Assembly: GCA_973895155.1 (NCBI GenBank)
Contig: OZ316896.1
Span: 21,086,152-21,150,151, forward strand
Direction of reading: 5' to 3'
Length of the DNA: 64,000 nucleotides
Source: Marsupella aquatica
Lineage: Eukaryota; Plantae; Marchantiophyta
Shown here: piece by piece, positions 61,552 through 64,000 of the stretch
Layout of the letters: each line of letters begins with the position of its first letter
Numbering within the stretch: the stretch's first letter is position 1
Position numbers and translations under genes: made by a program
Notes under the pieces: generated by a model
Database searches by the model: none
Seen by the model: the letters and a program-made list of their open reading frames with translations, nothing else
What the model was told of the DNA's origin: nothing

Positions 61552-62323
61552 CGGCGGAGTAGGATTATAATAGAGTTAGGAATAGCTAAATCAGGCTAAT
61601 AATAGGGACAAGCATCTGCCCTAGTTAAAGCATCACTGCCATGCTATCCAGCTTGCATAGATTAGGATCTTCTAATAAGACAAGCCATTTTTCGGCCTGA
61701 CAGCCAGTTTAGTTAGGATTTTAGTTGGCAAATCTTTGGGCACGAGACCACTCCGGTCCTCGGCTCTTAGTATTTATTGCACCCCTCGGTAGAAGGAGGG
61801 GATGGTTTTTAGTCTCACTGTTGGACATCCGCAGTATGTGCGGGGAGTCCTGACCTCTGGGAGTGAAAGAGTACCAAGGGGAGGGCGTAGGACTAAGCTC
61901 GTTGGGCAAGTGCGGAGCCGGGCTCCGTTGTAGTGTACACCCTCGGCCTTGGACCTGTTCATTCAAGAGCTTTCGGATCAACTAAGTGTACGCATATGTC
62001 TCGTATGTAGTAAAATCCTTTCCCACTATTCTTTCGTGTAAATTAAGATTGTATGCTTGTGCGTATGTATAGGTGCCAATGCTTGGCCGAATGCACTACC
62101 CAAGTCGTGCACGGGGTGCAGCTTGCAGATAAGTGGTTGCGAGCCCGGGTTGAGTACCCGTATCATCGAATCCGAATCGAAGGCGGACAACACAAAGGCT
62201 TAAAAAGCCGGTAAGCTGGGGTCGATCCTGCTATCGACTAAGGTACGTTCCGGCGGTGGAACACAAACCATACCTAGGAGGTGTTTGTATATGACAATAG
62301 ACGCACTTAGCGCTAGTTTACGT

Positions 62324-63695
62324 TGTTTGGATGACCATGTTTTTTGGTAAGAGCATGTTGACTCTTATAAAGTCAACCTTGCATGCCTATAAGTTCTACA
62401 CTAAAACCAAAATGATAACTCTTGTAAGAAGGGTGGTGGGTATTAAGAAAGGTTCAGGTGAAACTAATATACTATTAAATCCTACTTCACCATACTTGCG
62501 GATCAACACATCTTGGAAACTAATTTTTCTACGACATACAATCCTAATATCTCCAAGAGAAAATAAAATAGAAATGTCATCTGGACTTCTATTTAGATCC
62601 ATGACTTCAATAAAGGACAAAGATCATTAAATGCACTCCCACTTCTCTCGGTAAGACACTACTGAGTATATGATTGGCTCATTAGAACTCATAACAATAG
62701 TTGCAAATTGAGCTCCAAAGTGATAAGTTAAATGTTGCCTCATGGATGGCTTGTCTAAAAGATGGACTCTAACCAAAAATGGATTATGAAGGGGAAGATT
62801 AGGATATCTCTCCCTCTTAGATTCATAATGATTCTTTTGTTTCTTTGCTATCCGGGCCAAAGGATGCTCCACCCCTAAGTTCCCAAAGAGACCTTGTTTC
62901 CTAAGGTCTCATCTATAAGTCTACCACTCATTCCTTTGCTACCTGAGCCAAAGGATACCCCACTACTATGTACATAAGGCAAAGAATAGAAGAAAAAGAT
63001 GAGAGAAGAAAAGAGGATCGCTTTGACGCGGAAATTATCAAAATGTGAGAATGAGAAAAGAGTGTCCCTCACCACTTTATTTATATTGAATCCAATAGGG
63101 CATGGATTACACCCAAACGCTTGGATGAAAGCCAAGTGGCACACATCCAACGTAGGAATGTGTGCTAGTACTATTGCAATTAAACAAATAATGCATGTAA
63201 GTAAAACAACTAATGTATGCACCTAAAACAATTTGTGCATGCATGCACCTTGTGGCTTGCACATTTGCTCACCTTGCATGCGCATAAAATAACTAATGCA
63301 TGCAAATAAAAAAATTTGCATGCATCTAAAATAATTTGTGCATGCACCTTGTGACTTGTACATTTGCTCACCTTGCATGCATATAAAACAACTAATGCAT
63401 GCAAATAAAACAATTTACATGCACCTAAAACAATTTATGCATACCTTGTGGCTTGCACATTTGTTCACCTTGCATGCATATAAAATGACTATTACATGCA
63501 AATAAAACAATTTTCACATGCATCCAAACAATTTGTGCATGCATCTTGTGGTTTGCATAGTTGCTTACCTTGCATGCACATACGTAATAGTCAAATTATT
63601 TACTTATCCTATAACAATATATAAATCTAACCTATATACTTACTAATATACTTAGTGGTTATGATTTTATCATGAATAATTGAATTATCATGACA
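62324..63695 (-). mobile_element. LTR, family B, copy 2 (1372 bp), flanks not duplicated
   Basis: Reverse-complement homologue of 38904-40175 from end to end, with four RY units instead of three. The flanks ACGT / CCGG differ, and no PBS or PPT is adjacent. Confidence 0.88.
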
Positions 63696-64000
63696 CCGGG
63701 TTAAGGCCTAGGCTGACAACGTGACATTAGTCATGATAATTAAGTAGGTAATGATAAGAGTTCACGCCCAGGCTGGCTGCACGGCACCTGACTTACCGCC
63801 AGATTAGGAGCATGTTATGGTTGTTAGCTTCGGATCCGTATAACAGAGCCAATATCAAATCTCTGACACATTCTAACCCGGACCGGAGGAGTGATTGGTA
63901 AGCTTTGGGCGTGATGTATAAGCTCGGCCTATCACAAGCAAGAGGAGCCAATCGTGTTGACGCATTGCAGGGGTATAAAAGGCAAGCTCTTTCCCGGCTT
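63696..64000 (+). promoter_or_regulatory. Promoter region homologous to the one upstream of ORF-B (start of a related element)
   Basis: Ordered shared blocks with 58455-58628: G.TCCGTATAA, CTGACACAT.CT.ACCCGGACCGG, GCTCG.CCTAT, AAGCAA(T)GAGGAG, CAGGGGTATAAAA (TATA at 63974-63980). Confidence 0.65.

Larger units (their letters stand above)
58144..62323 (+). mobile_element. TGTTGTGA-starting element with promoter and a single long ORF, no gag/pol seen
   Basis: The element starts TGTTGTGACG at 58144, with a rise in GC and CpG content. TATAAAA at 58622-58628, ORF-B at 58728-61551, then a non-coding tail cut by the family-B LTR at 62324. Confidence 0.6.

Noticed and set aside
62186-62192. GACAACA as the right terminus matching TGTTGT at 58144
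   Set aside because: The flanks (TTGAC vs CAAAG) give no TSD and no PBS follows, so the end cannot be supported.

Overview
This is eukaryotic land-plant nuclear DNA, probably from a bryophyte/liverwort (inferred from the protein and transposon families, not proven). It contains one intact host gene: a single-coding-exon GONST3/GGLT1-type Golgi nucleotide-sugar transporter (30316-31452, minus strand). The rest is a nested transposon landscape whose insertion history can be partly rebuilt from target-site duplications (TSDs). (1) Two inverted copies of a ~2.5-kb solo LTR (12411-15001, 52065-54413). (2) Two inverted copies of a ~1.3-kb LTR carrying a TGCATGCA (RY/Sph) tandem array (38904-40175, 62324-63695). 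(3) A minus-strand L1-type LINE (41441-49739) that has received a 5.3-kb plus-strand LINE and a 45-bp LINE stub, plus a further truncated LINE (25305-26422). (4) Several MITEs with 8-bp TSDs. (5) An LTR-PBS-protease remnant (7000-10253). The most unusual structure is a set of elements starting TGTTGTGA in which a TATA promoter leads straight into one long decayed ORF (N-terminal domain, plant-mobile-domain-like core, Pro-rich linker, coiled coil), with no visible PBS, gag or pol. These may be gene-carrying LTRs or stand-alone accessory-gene elements. The RY-array LTR is found only inside or next to them. No rRNA, tRNA or CRISPR array was recognised.
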